Assembly: GCA_963756155.1 (NCBI GenBank)
Contig: CAVWMQ010000008.1
Span: 23,240-87,239, forward strand
Length of the DNA stretch: 64,000 nt
Direction of reading: 5' to 3'
Source of the DNA: an uncultured delta proteobacterium
GTDB taxonomy: Bacteria > Desulfobacterota > Binatia > Binatales > Binataceae
The notes under the pieces were generated by a model that saw only the letters and a program-made list of their open reading frames with translations, did not search any database and was not told the origin of the DNA. Below, piece by piece: positions 41,901 through 50,646 of this stretch. The first letter of the stretch is position 1. Every line of letters begins with the position of its first letter. The translations under genes were made by a program, and so were the position numbers.

Positions 41901-43344
41901 CAACAACATCTATATCGACGAGCTCGAAGAAGCCTATGGCCGCTCCCATTACGTGAAGGAGATGGCCGTAGTGGGCCTCACTGTCGGACAGGGTGAGCTG
42001 GTCGCCGCGTTGGCTGTGCCAGCGTATGCGCGCGGTGAGAGCCGCCGCTCGGTCGAGGACAAACTCCGCAGCCACTTCGAGAAGGTCGGCCAGGCGCTGA
42101 GTCCGCACAAGCGAATCAGGATCCTGCGCTTCACCGACGCCGACCTGCCGCGCACGCGTACCCGCAAGATCAGGCGCGCCGAAGTCGTCGCGATTGTCCG
42201 CCGGATGCTCGAGAGCAAGCCCGAGCAAGCCGCCTCGGCCAGCGCCGAGGTCGAGCCGTGGCTCGCCGAGACCCTCGCCGCAGTCTCCAGCGAGCCAGTC
42301 GCCATCACTCCCAGCACCCGCCTGATCGAAGACCTGGGTCTCGACTCGCTGGCGATGGCGGAACTCGGTGAGCATATCGCCGTGCGCGCGGGACGCGACA
42401 TCGGCCCGGAAGAGATGGCCAATCTGCGCACCGTTGACGACCTGCAGCGGCTCGCGCTTGCGGCCAACGGCAACGGCAGCCGGCATCGGATGCCTTCCTA
42501 CGCGCGCTTCGCGGAGCCGTATACACCGAAACTCCCCCGGCCGCTCCGATGGCTCGGCACCACGATCGCCCGCAATGCGCAGCGCGCCGCGTTCGAGTCG
42601 TGGCTCAAGCCAAAGATCCTCGGACGTGGGAACATCCCCGCCAATCGCAACGTGCTGGTGGTCGCCAATCATTCGAGCCACGTCGATTTCGGGTTGGTCG
42701 GCTACGCACTCGCAGCGATGGGCAACGATCTGCGCGTGCTCGCCGCCAAGGATTATTTTTTCAACACCCCGGCGCGCCGTTATATCGCGACTAACTTCAC
42801 CTCATTGATTCCCTTCGACCGCGAGCGTGCGCAGCTCGAGTCGCTCGACGACGCGCTCGCAGAGCTGAGCGCGGGCCGCAGCGTATTGATGTTCCCTGAA
42901 GGCACCCGCTCGGCCGACGGCGAGATGCAGGAATTCAAGAGCGGCGCCGGCTACCTGGCGCTGCGCAGCGGATGCGACGTGCTGCCGATGCATATCAGCG
43001 GGACCTTCAAGGTCCTCGGTAAAGGCAGCCTGGTCCCGCGCCGCGCACCAGTCGAGGTCCGCATCGGACGCGTGATTCCCAGCGCCGAGTTGCGCAACCT
43101 GGCCGAGAGCTCGGAAGGGATGGGCGCGTACCGGAAGCTCGCCGACTTCATGTACGAGGCGGTGATCGCGCTCAAAAGCGGGCGCAGCGTGCGACGCATC
43201 GGTCTGCGCGCCGCCGAAGCAGTGGTGCTGGCCCCGCAACTTCCGGCGCCCCAGACTCAGGAGCAGTCACAGGAACCGCCGAGCGCGAGGCCTCACAAGA
43301 CGCATGCGACGGGCACTCATGCGCGCGGACACGCCAAGGGTTGA
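38884..43344 (+). CDS. four-domain lipid biosynthesis enzyme: fatty acyl reductase, AMP-dependent acyl ligase, acyl carrier protein and 1-acyl-sn-glycerol-3-phosphate acyltransferase (ElbD-like)
   Basis: 1486 aa. N-terminal ILLTGATGFLGKVFLELLL...YLLIRG...VVHSAGLVNF...STCYV (NAD_binding_4/FAR). Mid region FTSGTTGAPKGVMLTHGNF...EGYGLTEA...GWLHTGDLGRFDEDGRL (AMP-binding). LIEDLGLDSLAMAELGEHIA (PP-binding serine). C-terminal VVANHSSHVDFGLV...FPEGTRSADGE (PlsC HX4D/EGTR). Confidence 0.85.
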   Translation: MPMSSSNNGNGSGRNGNGHGNGRVSASAMPPLEQVLRKRRILLTGATGFLGKVFLELLLQWHPEIERVYLLIRGDRRSSQGRFRREILDSPVVAPLREHLGAHFDSYIESKIAVVSGDITNEGLLSDDAEPFKRGSLDAVVHSAGLVNFEASLEKALAVNTIGVANVIEFCRKVGAAMIHVSTCYVAGNADGHRFEDDLPENWCPAGRRKFSLEREVRDASAAIARVEAESRDQLRQSELHASAEEDGQFLDGHETAFEHRRKRWVEDRLKDIGRKRALSWGWPNTYSYTKSLGEQLVLAARDAIDVTVVRPAVIESALRDPFPGWNQGVNTSAPLTYLAGRGYRFYPAKAELVLDVIPVDLAAHAMIPILAATLLKRQKPIYQLCTSDRNPLPMYRLVELTGLANRNEHRKHGGPMGRLARHLEATVVSQTTYDLASLTLPRLLKQGAELARSVLGEDSERGRRLVAGAGALEETMDLARSLVQVYRPYIQELVYTFHSNNIRALYASIREADAANHPFHPEKIDWRDYWINVHMPGLRRHIYPQLDLHTRGRPRLLPRHRTLVDLLERAAERYGADTALMAHKPSGERTSVTYRELRDHARRGGIVLAQRGIKPGDRVLLISENSPDWVLAFFSILEAGAIAVPLDHLISAEELAPICKIAEPRAALRSASVARRLGSAVRDTVAKIVELDLAELSRPFLLRADAAAPPTPDRKTVASIVFTSGTTGAPKGVMLTHGNFCAEVSMLGRVFALAGDDLVLSLLPLHHTFEFTCGMLLPLASGATVAYPLEVDAKNLSRTLADIRPTALIGVPALWEAVHRRIVDEVESRGPFFHAGFNNLRDLNRRLDRDSGLNLGSILFRQAHSALGGRLKLAVSGGAALPHRVAEFFNDIGIRLLEGYGLTEAAPVLCAAHPDEPLKLGSVGKPLNGVEIKLAANGHENGESIIGEILARGPNVMAGYYRNQSATDEVIRDGWLHTGDLGRFDEDGRLSVVGRAKEVIVDSGGNNIYIDELEEAYGRSHYVKEMAVVGLTVGQGELVAALAVPAYARGESRRSVEDKLRSHFEKVGQALSPHKRIRILRFTDADLPRTRTRKIRRAEVVAIVRRMLESKPEQAASASAEVEPWLAETLAAVSSEPVAITPSTRLIEDLGLDSLAMAELGEHIAVRAGRDIGPEEMANLRTVDDLQRLALAANGNGSRHRMPSYARFAEPYTPKLPRPLRWLGTTIARNAQRAAFESWLKPKILGRGNIPANRNVLVVANHSSHVDFGLVGYALAAMGNDLRVLAAKDYFFNTPARRYIATNFTSLIPFDRERAQLESLDDALAELSAGRSVLMFPEGTRSADGEMQEFKSGAGYLALRSGCDVLPMHISGTFKVLGKGSLVPRRAPVEVRIGRVIPSAELRNLAESSEGMGAYRKLADFMYEAVIALKSGRSVRRIGLRAAEAVVLAPQLPAPQTQEQSQEPPSARPHKTHATGTHARGHAKG

Positions 43345-44291
43345 TGATCGCGCGCGCAAGGGGGGATTGCCGTCGCGCGATTCGCGCCGCGGTCGCCTCG
43401 CTCTCGTTCGCGATCATCTTTTTCCGCGCCACGAACGGATTCGCCTGGGACAGTGCGACCCATAGGTTGATCACCCGGCTAGCGGTCCGTGCGCTTCCCA
43501 AGTCTCCGCTGAGTGTCGAATTCATGTTGAACGAAGACCACCTCGAACGGTACTCAGTGGAACCCGATTCGGTCCTGAAGAAGGAATACGGCCACAAAGA
43601 AGAAATTCGTCACTATATCGATCTGGAAAACCTCGGCCCCGATCCTTTTTCCGTGTTGAACCCCAATTTCGCTGCGATGCAGCAGCGGTTCGGCGAGCTG
43701 CTCGACCGGACGGGTACGCTCCCGTGGACGATAGACGTAATGGCCGCCAAGCTCCCGGGAGAGTGGATGCGCAACGACTGCACCGACGTGATTCGCGACG
43801 CCGGCTACTTGGCCCACTACGTCGGCGACGCGAGTCAGCCGCTGCATACTACCGCGAACTGGGACGGTTTCGATCGCGGCGATCGCGGCCTCCATGCGCG
43901 CATCGAGCTTGCGGTCGATCACAATGTGGAATTGCTCGGCGCACTCACTTCGGGCCAGGTGCACGCCGCAGACATTACCGCGGTGTGGCCGACGGAAATC
44001 ACAGAGATTCGGCAGGCGCACCAATACGTCGCCAAATTTATCGATGACGATCGCCAGTTGCGCCATCTGGCTCGGAGCGGCGACACCGACGCCTATGAAA
44101 AGGCGCTCGTCAGGCGCGACTTGCAGCTCTTTTCCGGCCAGATTGCATCGGCAGCTTCCACGCTCGCATCGATATGGCTGTTCGAATGGCGCAAGGCGGG
44201 AAGCCCGACGGGATGTGCAAAACGACTCCCTTCGCGCCACGGCAGACGCGATGGCCACGACGGCCGCTTACTGGATTACCACCCGTTCTGA
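43341..44291 (+). CDS. secreted zinc-dependent hydrolase, S1/P1 nuclease or phospholipase C family
   Basis: Signal peptide; WDSATHRLI, HYIDLEN, HYVGDASQPLH metal-ligand pattern. ATGA overlap with the upstream gene. Confidence 0.55.
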   Translation: MMIARARGDCRRAIRAAVASLSFAIIFFRATNGFAWDSATHRLITRLAVRALPKSPLSVEFMLNEDHLERYSVEPDSVLKKEYGHKEEIRHYIDLENLGPDPFSVLNPNFAAMQQRFGELLDRTGTLPWTIDVMAAKLPGEWMRNDCTDVIRDAGYLAHYVGDASQPLHTTANWDGFDRGDRGLHARIELAVDHNVELLGALTSGQVHAADITAVWPTEITEIRQAHQYVAKFIDDDRQLRHLARSGDTDAYEKALVRRDLQLFSGQIASAASTLASIWLFEWRKAGSPTGCAKRLPSRHGRRDGHDGRLLDYHPF

Positions 44292-44308
44292 TAGTTAAAC
44301 TTGGACCA

Positions 44309-44845
44309 ATGGTAGACTGGTTCAGCAAACGCCCAGACGGACATGCGCGCCCCACCCGCCATTGGGGCCGGCCCGCGGTCGCCGAGATTACGCCCACGCT
44401 ACTGATCGGCGAATATCCGCGCGACGAGGATGTCGACTGGCTCAAGGAAACTCACGCCGTCACCGCGGTGCTCAATCTCCAGGACGAAGAGGATCTGCGC
44501 GTCAACGGCATCGACATCGACGCGATGCGCGAGCGCTACGCTGAAAACGGTATCAAGCTGGTGCGCACTCCCATCCCCGACGGCAGCGCCGATGCGATGA
44601 AGGACCATCTCAAGGTCGCGCTCGACGATCTGCACGAATTGATCGGGGCGCAGGAGCGCGTATTTTTACACTGTAACGGCGGCGTCAATCGCGCGCCCAC
44701 CCTGGCGATCGCATATCTGCGCGCGTTCGGCGGGCTGTCGCTCAACGAGGCGCAGGCGCACGTCAAAACGCGGCGCGCATGCGGTCCGTTCATGACCGTG
44801 CTCGAGGAATACTTCGGGCCGCGTGACCTGAAGCCGGACGCATAA
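44309..44845 (+). CDS. dual-specificity phosphatase family protein (PTPMT1-like CX5R)
   Basis: HCNGGVNRAPT active-site P-loop; about 178 aa. The sequence as I read it shows an in-frame stop near 44288 that the ORF track (44174..44845, read through) contradicts, so coordinates near 44275-44300 may be off by 1 nt. Confidence 0.7.
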   Translation: MVDWFSKRPDGHARPTRHWGRPAVAEITPTLLIGEYPRDEDVDWLKETHAVTAVLNLQDEEDLRVNGIDIDAMRERYAENGIKLVRTPIPDGSADAMKDHLKVALDDLHELIGAQERVFLHCNGGVNRAPTLAIAYLRAFGGLSLNEAQAHVKTRRACGPFMTVLEEYFGPRDLKPDA

Positions 44846-44885
44846 CTTGGCAATCAGCGGCACCGCGAGAACTTTTCCCGAGACC

Positions 44886-45602
44886 ATGCCGAGGCGGCGT
44901 TTCCTGCTGGCCTGCGCGTGGGGCGTTCATCTGTACACCGCGCTCGGCGCGGTCGCGGGGCTGCTTGCGATTTACTTCGCGAGCCGATGGGAATTCCGCG
45001 CGTCATTCATCGCGATGGGCGCGGCGACTTTTATCGACTCGAGCGACGGGCCGCTCGCGCGCCTGGTCAACGTGCGCGCGCGAGTTCCATCCTTCGACGG
45101 CGCGCTGCTCGACAACATCGTCGACTACCTGACCTACACCGTAGCGCCCGTGTTCCTGATGATCGAAGCGGGAATCACGCCGCCAGGATGGATCGGGCTC
45201 GGCCTCGCGTGTTTCGTGATGCTGGCCAGCGCCTATGGCTTCTGTCAGACCGCAGCCAAGACCGACGACCATTATTTTCTCGGTTTCCCGAACTACTGGA
45301 ACCTCATCGCGTTCTATCTCTATTGCCTTGGCCGCAGCCCTACGTTCAACGCCGCGATCCTTGCAACCTTTGCCGTGCTGGTCTTCGTGCCGATCAAATA
45401 CATTTATCCCAATCGCACAGTCGCGCTCCGCCCGCTGACGCTCACCCTCGGGATCATCTGGGCGGTTATCACGATCGCGATGCTCGCGATGCTGCCCAGC
45501 GTGAATCCGGTGCTGCTGTTCGCCTCGCTGAGCTTCATCGCCTACTACCTGATCGCCTCTTTCGCACTCCACGCGCGCTCCGCGCTCGCCACACTGCGAT
45601 GA
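44886..45602 (+). CDS. CDP-alcohol phosphatidyltransferase family protein (Pcs/PgsA-like)
   Basis: DSSDGPLARLVNVRARVPSFDGALLDNIVD matches the D-G-x2-A-R...G-x3-D-x3-D motif; 6 TM helices. Start ATG 44886 or TTG 44847. Confidence 0.75.
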   Translation: MPRRRFLLACAWGVHLYTALGAVAGLLAIYFASRWEFRASFIAMGAATFIDSSDGPLARLVNVRARVPSFDGALLDNIVDYLTYTVAPVFLMIEAGITPPGWIGLGLACFVMLASAYGFCQTAAKTDDHYFLGFPNYWNLIAFYLYCLGRSPTFNAAILATFAVLVFVPIKYIYPNRTVALRPLTLTLGIIWAVITIAMLAMLPSVNPVLLFASLSFIAYYLIASFALHARSALATLR

Positions 45603-45615
45603 ATCGCAAATCGCA

Positions 45616-47415
45616 ATGAGCGCTTCCGCGTCCGGCCCGTTGACATCCCGCGCGCCCGTCGAGCCCTGGCTCGAAACTATCGACACCGACTCCCCGCTCC
45701 TTCTGATCGCGCCGCACGGGGGACGCGCGGAGCCTGCGACGCGCTCGATGCTGAATCCCAAGGTCAACGATCTGCACACTGCGGACATCACGCGCGAGTT
45801 GGCGCGACGCCTGGACGCGGCGGCACTGATCAACGCGGGAATGGATCGCAATCGGCTGGACTGTAACCGGATTCAGCAACTGCTCGCGCGCGCCCCGTGG
45901 CTGCTCGAGATGATCGCCGATCGGCTCGAACAAATCGTCGACCGGCACGGCCACGCGGTGGTCCTGCTGATTCACGGCTGGAACATCATCGAGCCGCGCG
46001 TCGATTTTGGACTGGGACTGCGCAACATCGGTGGCGAACTGCATCCGCCCGGCACCGCGTGCGTCTCCGCGTGCGACGAATTCATCCACGGACCGCTCGC
46101 GCACTTTGCCGAGCGGCTTCGCGAGCACGGAATCCGGCCTAGCTTCGGTATGCGTTACCCGGCAGGCGGACTACAGAACCTGGTGCAGGCATTTACCGGG
46201 CGCCACCGCGACAATCCGGCGGAGCCGCTCAGACGCATCGCCGCGATCGCGGAGCGCGCGCAGGTCGACGCGGCACAGCTCGAATTGTCGGTCGCGCTCC
46301 GGATGCCGGGGACGCTGCGCGCGCGATGCCTCGATGCGATCGAAACGTCGTTCGCATCCAACGGACACGCGCCGTCGCATCATGACCTCGACACGCCATC
46401 GCGTCCGGGAATCGTCGTAAACCGAACCCCGCGGCCGCGTTTGGCGCCCCCGAAGTCCCCCGCGGCTGCATCGGCGCCCGCTCCGCCAGCACGCGTCGGA
46501 GTCGAGTTCTTCGACCCTGCCACGCGCATCGGCGCGATGGCCAGCTTCGATATTGGAACCGGCTTCGGCGCGCGAATCATGATGCTCCTGGGCGGGCGGC
46601 GGGTCGCGCTCTTCACTGGGGAGGGCGCCGTCACGTGCAAGGCAGGCCGGATTGCGCTCGGACCTCTCGCACTTTCCGAGGATGGCCGCGAACTCCTGCT
46701 AACGTTCAAAGGACCCGCGGTAGTCGTTCCGGATTCATCGGCGTACTTGAGCATCGAGCGCGCGCTCGCCTCGGGCCGGCTCGATGGCGCGGCCGAGGTC
46801 TCGGCGCGGCTCAAATTTCCCGGCCGCAGAATCAATCTCGACGAAATCACCTCCGGCGCTGGCGCGCGCGACGCGAGCGGGCAGGCTTTCTTCGGAAGAC
46901 TCACCGGGACCGTCTCGGTCGACGGCATGACCAGCCCGATCGATGCGGTCGTGCGCGCGGGAGTTTCATTCACTGGGCTCGGGCCGCAAAAGTTCGTCGC
47001 GCGCCGGATGATATGGGCGTCCTTACCGGACGGCGTGTCACCGTCGGCGCTCGAGCTGCGGGTCGTTAAGACTGACGACGGCACGAATCAAAGTGCACGG
47101 GCGCTCGGACCGGTCGGATGGTCGCCATGCGAAATCAATCAGCTCGTCCTCGAGACGGCGTCGGTCGAAGAGCCGCCGCATCAACTCTCGGCGCTACTGA
47201 CGGTTGACGGCGCCCAGCCCAAGGCGCTCATCGGCCAGGTCGAGAGCTTCATCCCGCTCTCACGGCCGGGCCCCGAGCAGACGCGCATCTACACGTCGCT
47301 GGGCTTCGCGCGCTTCAGCTTCGGCGGGCGAGCGGGAGCAGGCATGTTCGAATACTCGCGGCGCGCGGAGACGGTGCTGACCGCGGCCGAATCCGACGAC
47401 GAAGACTCCGACTGA
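45616..47415 (+). CDS. N-formylglutamate amidohydrolase-like hydrolase domain protein with about 300-aa uncharacterised C-terminal domain
   Basis: LLLIAPHGGR...DLHTADITREL...RNRLDCNR...VVLLIHGW resembles the FGase family; last gene of the lipid operon. Confidence 0.4.
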   Translation: MSASASGPLTSRAPVEPWLETIDTDSPLLLIAPHGGRAEPATRSMLNPKVNDLHTADITRELARRLDAAALINAGMDRNRLDCNRIQQLLARAPWLLEMIADRLEQIVDRHGHAVVLLIHGWNIIEPRVDFGLGLRNIGGELHPPGTACVSACDEFIHGPLAHFAERLREHGIRPSFGMRYPAGGLQNLVQAFTGRHRDNPAEPLRRIAAIAERAQVDAAQLELSVALRMPGTLRARCLDAIETSFASNGHAPSHHDLDTPSRPGIVVNRTPRPRLAPPKSPAAASAPAPPARVGVEFFDPATRIGAMASFDIGTGFGARIMMLLGGRRVALFTGEGAVTCKAGRIALGPLALSEDGRELLLTFKGPAVVVPDSSAYLSIERALASGRLDGAAEVSARLKFPGRRINLDEITSGAGARDASGQAFFGRLTGTVSVDGMTSPIDAVVRAGVSFTGLGPQKFVARRMIWASLPDGVSPSALELRVVKTDDGTNQSARALGPVGWSPCEINQLVLETASVEEPPHQLSALLTVDGAQPKALIGQVESFIPLSRPGPEQTRIYTSLGFARFSFGGRAGAGMFEYSRRAETVLTAAESDDEDSD

Positions 47416-47448
47416 ATTTCTGAAGAAAGGCTGAGCGCGAGACGGCCG

Positions 47449-48372
47449 TCACGCGACGGCGCTCGCAACCCGTGCGCGCGAGGCGAGAATCGTTTCGACT
47501 CGCAGCGCCAGCTCGGTGAGGCTCTTACCGATCGGCGTGTCCGCGTACGCATGCACGAACAGGACACCGCGATCCGAGGCTTCGGCCAGGCGCGGATCGA
47601 AAGCGAAACGCGCGAGGATTGGCACATCGGCCTCGCGCGCGATTGCGGGCAGGCCGCCCTCCGGCCACAGCGGACGCACCGAACGGCATCCGTCGCAATG
47701 AAAGCCGGCCATGTTCTCGACGATTCCGATCACCGGCGTGGCGGTCGCCGTAGCGAGGCGGACTGCGTCGCGCGCGGCGCCCGCGGCAAGTCCGGACGGA
47801 TTGCTCATCAGGATAATCCCGTCGAGCTTGACCGTCTTCGAGAGCAATTCGAGGTTCCCGAGTCCCGGCCCGAGGTCGACTACCAGGTAATCAAGCGCGC
47901 CGAATCGCGACTGCCCGAAGACCAGCCGCAGCGCCTGCGCATAGCTCATCGCCTCCGGCCGCTCAGGTGGACGCGGTGCAGGCGCGTCGTCATCGCCGAG
48001 GAAGCTCACCGGCGGCGGCTCCCCGCCCGCGATCAGATCGCTGGCGACCACGCGCAATCCGTGCGGCCCCGCGACCGGCTCGATCCCCTCGGTCATCGGC
48101 AGATTGCGCGGCCGCTTCATACCGAGCATCGCGACCACGCTTGGCGCGTTGAAGTCGGCGTCGACCAGCGCAACTTTGCGGCCCTTGAGCGCCAACGCTC
48201 CGGCGACGTTGACGGCCACGATGCTCTTTCCGACGCCGCCCTTGGCGCTGGCGATCGCCACGATCGCCTTGACGCCGGAAAGGTTGCTCCTGATGCGTTC
48301 GAGGTCGTGCTCGAGTTGCGCCTGCGCCTGTGCGTCTGCCGCGTTCGCGAGCTCAGTGAAGATCTTCATCAA
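47449..48372 (-). CDS. apbC: Mrp/NBP35 family iron-sulfur cluster carrier ATPase
   Basis: AIVAIASAKGGVGKS P-loop, CDGC motif. Confidence 0.85.
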   Translation of the reverse strand: MMKIFTELANAADAQAQAQLEHDLERIRSNLSGVKAIVAIASAKGGVGKSIVAVNVAGALALKGRKVALVDADFNAPSVVAMLGMKRPRNLPMTEGIEPVAGPHGLRVVASDLIAGGEPPPVSFLGDDDAPAPRPPERPEAMSYAQALRLVFGQSRFGALDYLVVDLGPGLGNLELLSKTVKLDGIILMSNPSGLAAGAARDAVRLATATATPVIGIVENMAGFHCDGCRSVRPLWPEGGLPAIAREADVPILARFAFDPRLAEASDRGVLFVHAYADTPIGKSLTELALRVETILASRARVASAVA

Positions 48373-48633
48373 TTTTTCGGCGCGGCAATCAAATCCGCGT
48401 ATCTATCATTCTCCGGCGCGGCATTCCGTATAGGATGCCCCGTTTGAAGTGGCTCGTAAAGAATGGGGACGAGCGTTGCGCGAACAACTCATCCGTAACA
48501 CCTTGTCGCGTATCGCGAGTATCGCTCGTGCAGGAACGCTCGGCGCTTATGGCGCGGCAGCACTCGTCGCGTGGTAGCTGCCACGCGATCACACGGCGAT
48601 ACGGCGCTGGCCCGGCTCGCGAGAACGATCGCG

Positions 48634-49086
48634 CTACATGTTCTCTTCGTCGGCGTCGGTCGAGCCGAGTTTGCGATAGGTATTGCGCTCGTCTTCGAAT
48701 TTGCGCTGCGACTTCGCTTCGTGCTCCTGCTCCTGCTGGCAGTCGCGGCACAGCCGGGTGAACGGCATCACGTTGAGCCGTTCCTCGGCGATCTCGAGCC
48801 CGCACGATTCGCAGACGCCGTAGGTCGAATCCTCGAGCCGCTCCAGCGCGTCGTCGATCTGCTTGATCTTCATGCGCTCGCGATCGGAGAGGATGAAATT
48901 GATTTCGCGGTCGCGCTCTTCGGAGGCGAGGTCATAGGTGTCCATGCCCTCGTCCTTGTTGCTCTCGCGTTCGGCCTTGAGCTCCGAGTCGATTTCGCTG
49001 AGCAGTTTGGTCTTCATGTCCGACAGGCGCTCACGGACTTTAGCCAGGAACTTTTTCCGGTTCGAGGCTGCGGGTTTACGCGCCAT
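48634..49086 (-). CDS. dksA: DksA/TraR family C4-type zinc-finger RNA polymerase-binding protein
   Basis: Coiled-coil plus CESCGLEI...CRDCQ zinc finger. Confidence 0.8.
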   Translation of the reverse strand: MARKPAASNRKKFLAKVRERLSDMKTKLLSEIDSELKAERESNKDEGMDTYDLASEERDREINFILSDRERMKIKQIDDALERLEDSTYGVCESCGLEIAEERLNVMPFTRLCRDCQQEQEHEAKSQRKFEDERNTYRKLGSTDADEENM

Positions 49087-49109
49087 GATTCACGACTCCT
49101 CTTCCTATA

Positions 49110-50646
49110 TTAAAGAACCGCGCCCACGACCCTGCCCTGGAGATCGTAGCTGAGAGCTTTTTCGATTCGCGCGCGCACGAATTCGCCCGGCTCGGCGTCG
49201 CCAGCAAGGAACACCGCGCCGTCGATATCGGGCGCCTGTCCGGAGGTTCGCCCGCGCATTCGCGTGGCGCGTCCGGGCATCGGGCCTTCCACCAGAACCT
49301 CGAGTTCGCGGCCGACCAGGTCGCGGTTCTTCTTCAACGAAATTTCCGCCTGCATGCGCATTAGCTCGGCGCGGCGCGCGCGCTTGACGCGCTCCGGCAC
49401 CTGACCCGCCATCTCGAAGGCGGCGGTATTCTCCTCGCGCGAGTAAGTAAACACGCCGAGGCGGTCGAATTGTTCCGCGCGCACGAAATCGACGAGCCGA
49501 TCGAACGCCGCATCGGTCTCGCCGGGAAATCCGACGATGAATGAGGTGCGCAGCGCGACGCCCGGGATGCGCGTGCGCACGCGCTCGAGCAGCCGGCGGA
49601 GTGCCGCGCCGGAGCGCTCGCGGCGCATCGCGCGCAGGATCGCGTCGTCGGCGTGCTGCAGCGGGATGTCGATATACTTCACGACCTGGGGAAGCTCGGC
49701 GACCGTGTCGAGCAGCTCGTCGGTAACGAAGTTCGGATAGCAGTAGAGCAGCCGGATCCAGCGAATGCCGGCGACCGTCGCAAGCTCGCGCAGCAGCTTC
49801 GCGAGCGAAACCGCCGGCCTCAGATCGCGTCCGTACGCGGTAAGATCCTGCGCTATCAAATTGAGCTCGCGGACACCGTCGCTGGCCAGTTGGCGGGCTT
49901 GGGCGACCAGGTTGCCAACGGGGCGACTTTCGTGGCGGCCGCGGATTTTCGGGATGATGCAGAAGGCGCAGCTGTGATTGCAGCCCTCCGAAATCTTCAA
50001 GTAAGACGTGAAGTATTCGCCGAGCCGGACCCGCGGCGCTGCCGCATCGGGCAGTAAATGAGCCGCGCCTGCCGATGGAATTGGGCGATTCTCGAGGTTC
50101 GCCGCGCCTGCACGATGGGATTGGGCGATTTTCGAAGTTTGCCGCGGCTGCATATGGGATCGAGCGATTCTCGAGGTTTGCGGCGCCGGCGAACAGAATC
50201 CGCCTGTCCTCGATGTGCGACGCGTTTGCGTATGCGATTGGGTGGTCTTTGAGGTGGGCGGCGCCGGCGTAGGGGATTGCGCGGTCTTCGGGGGACTCGG
50301 TGCGGCGGAGGAGCTCCGGCAGGTCGAGGAAGTTGCCGGTGCCTACGAAAACGTCAACCTCTGGCAACCTGTCGCGCAGCTCGGCGCCGTAGCGTTGCGA
50401 CAGGCATCCGGCGACCACCAGGCGTTTGCCGTGCCCGCGCTTCTTGACCGCCGCAGCTTCCAGGATCGCGTCAATGGATTCCTTCTTGGCGGCTTCGATG
50501 AACGCGCAGGTGTTCACGACGAGCACCTGCGCCGCCTCCGGGTCGAGCGTGATCTCGAACCCTGCGCTGGTGAGCGCGCCAAGCATCAACTCGCTGTCCG
50601 CCAGGTTCTTGGGACAGCCGAGAGTGAGGAGATGAACGGTTTCCAT
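49110..50646 (-). CDS. rimO: ribosomal protein S12 methylthiotransferase RimO, interrupted by an internal tandem repeat expansion and an apparent +1 frameshift
   Basis: MTTase N-domain (METVHLLTLGCPKNLADSE...VVNTCAFI...VVAGCLSQRYG) in frame of track ORF 49105..50694. Radical-SAM CNHSCAFCIIP plus TRAM domain in frame of ORF 49110..50153. Frames switch inside a 39-bp repeat block at 50040-50300. Confidence 0.7.
50041..50300. repeat. about six units of a 39-40-bp tandem repeat inside the rimO linker (13-aa units)
   Basis: Units such as gccgcgcctgcacgatgggattgggcgattttcgaagttt, encoding DRAIPYAGAAHLK/DHPIAYANASHIE/DRRILFAGAANLE/NRSIPYAAAANFE/NRPIPS. One unit is 40 nt (ccatcgt instead of ccatcg/ccatat). 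Confidence 0.7.

Noticed and set aside
44174-44308. Upstream extension of the phosphatase ORF (track start 44174)
   Set aside because: Extension overlaps the preceding gene and lacks conservation. ATG at about 44309 (MVDWFSKRP) gives a standard-length DSP domain.
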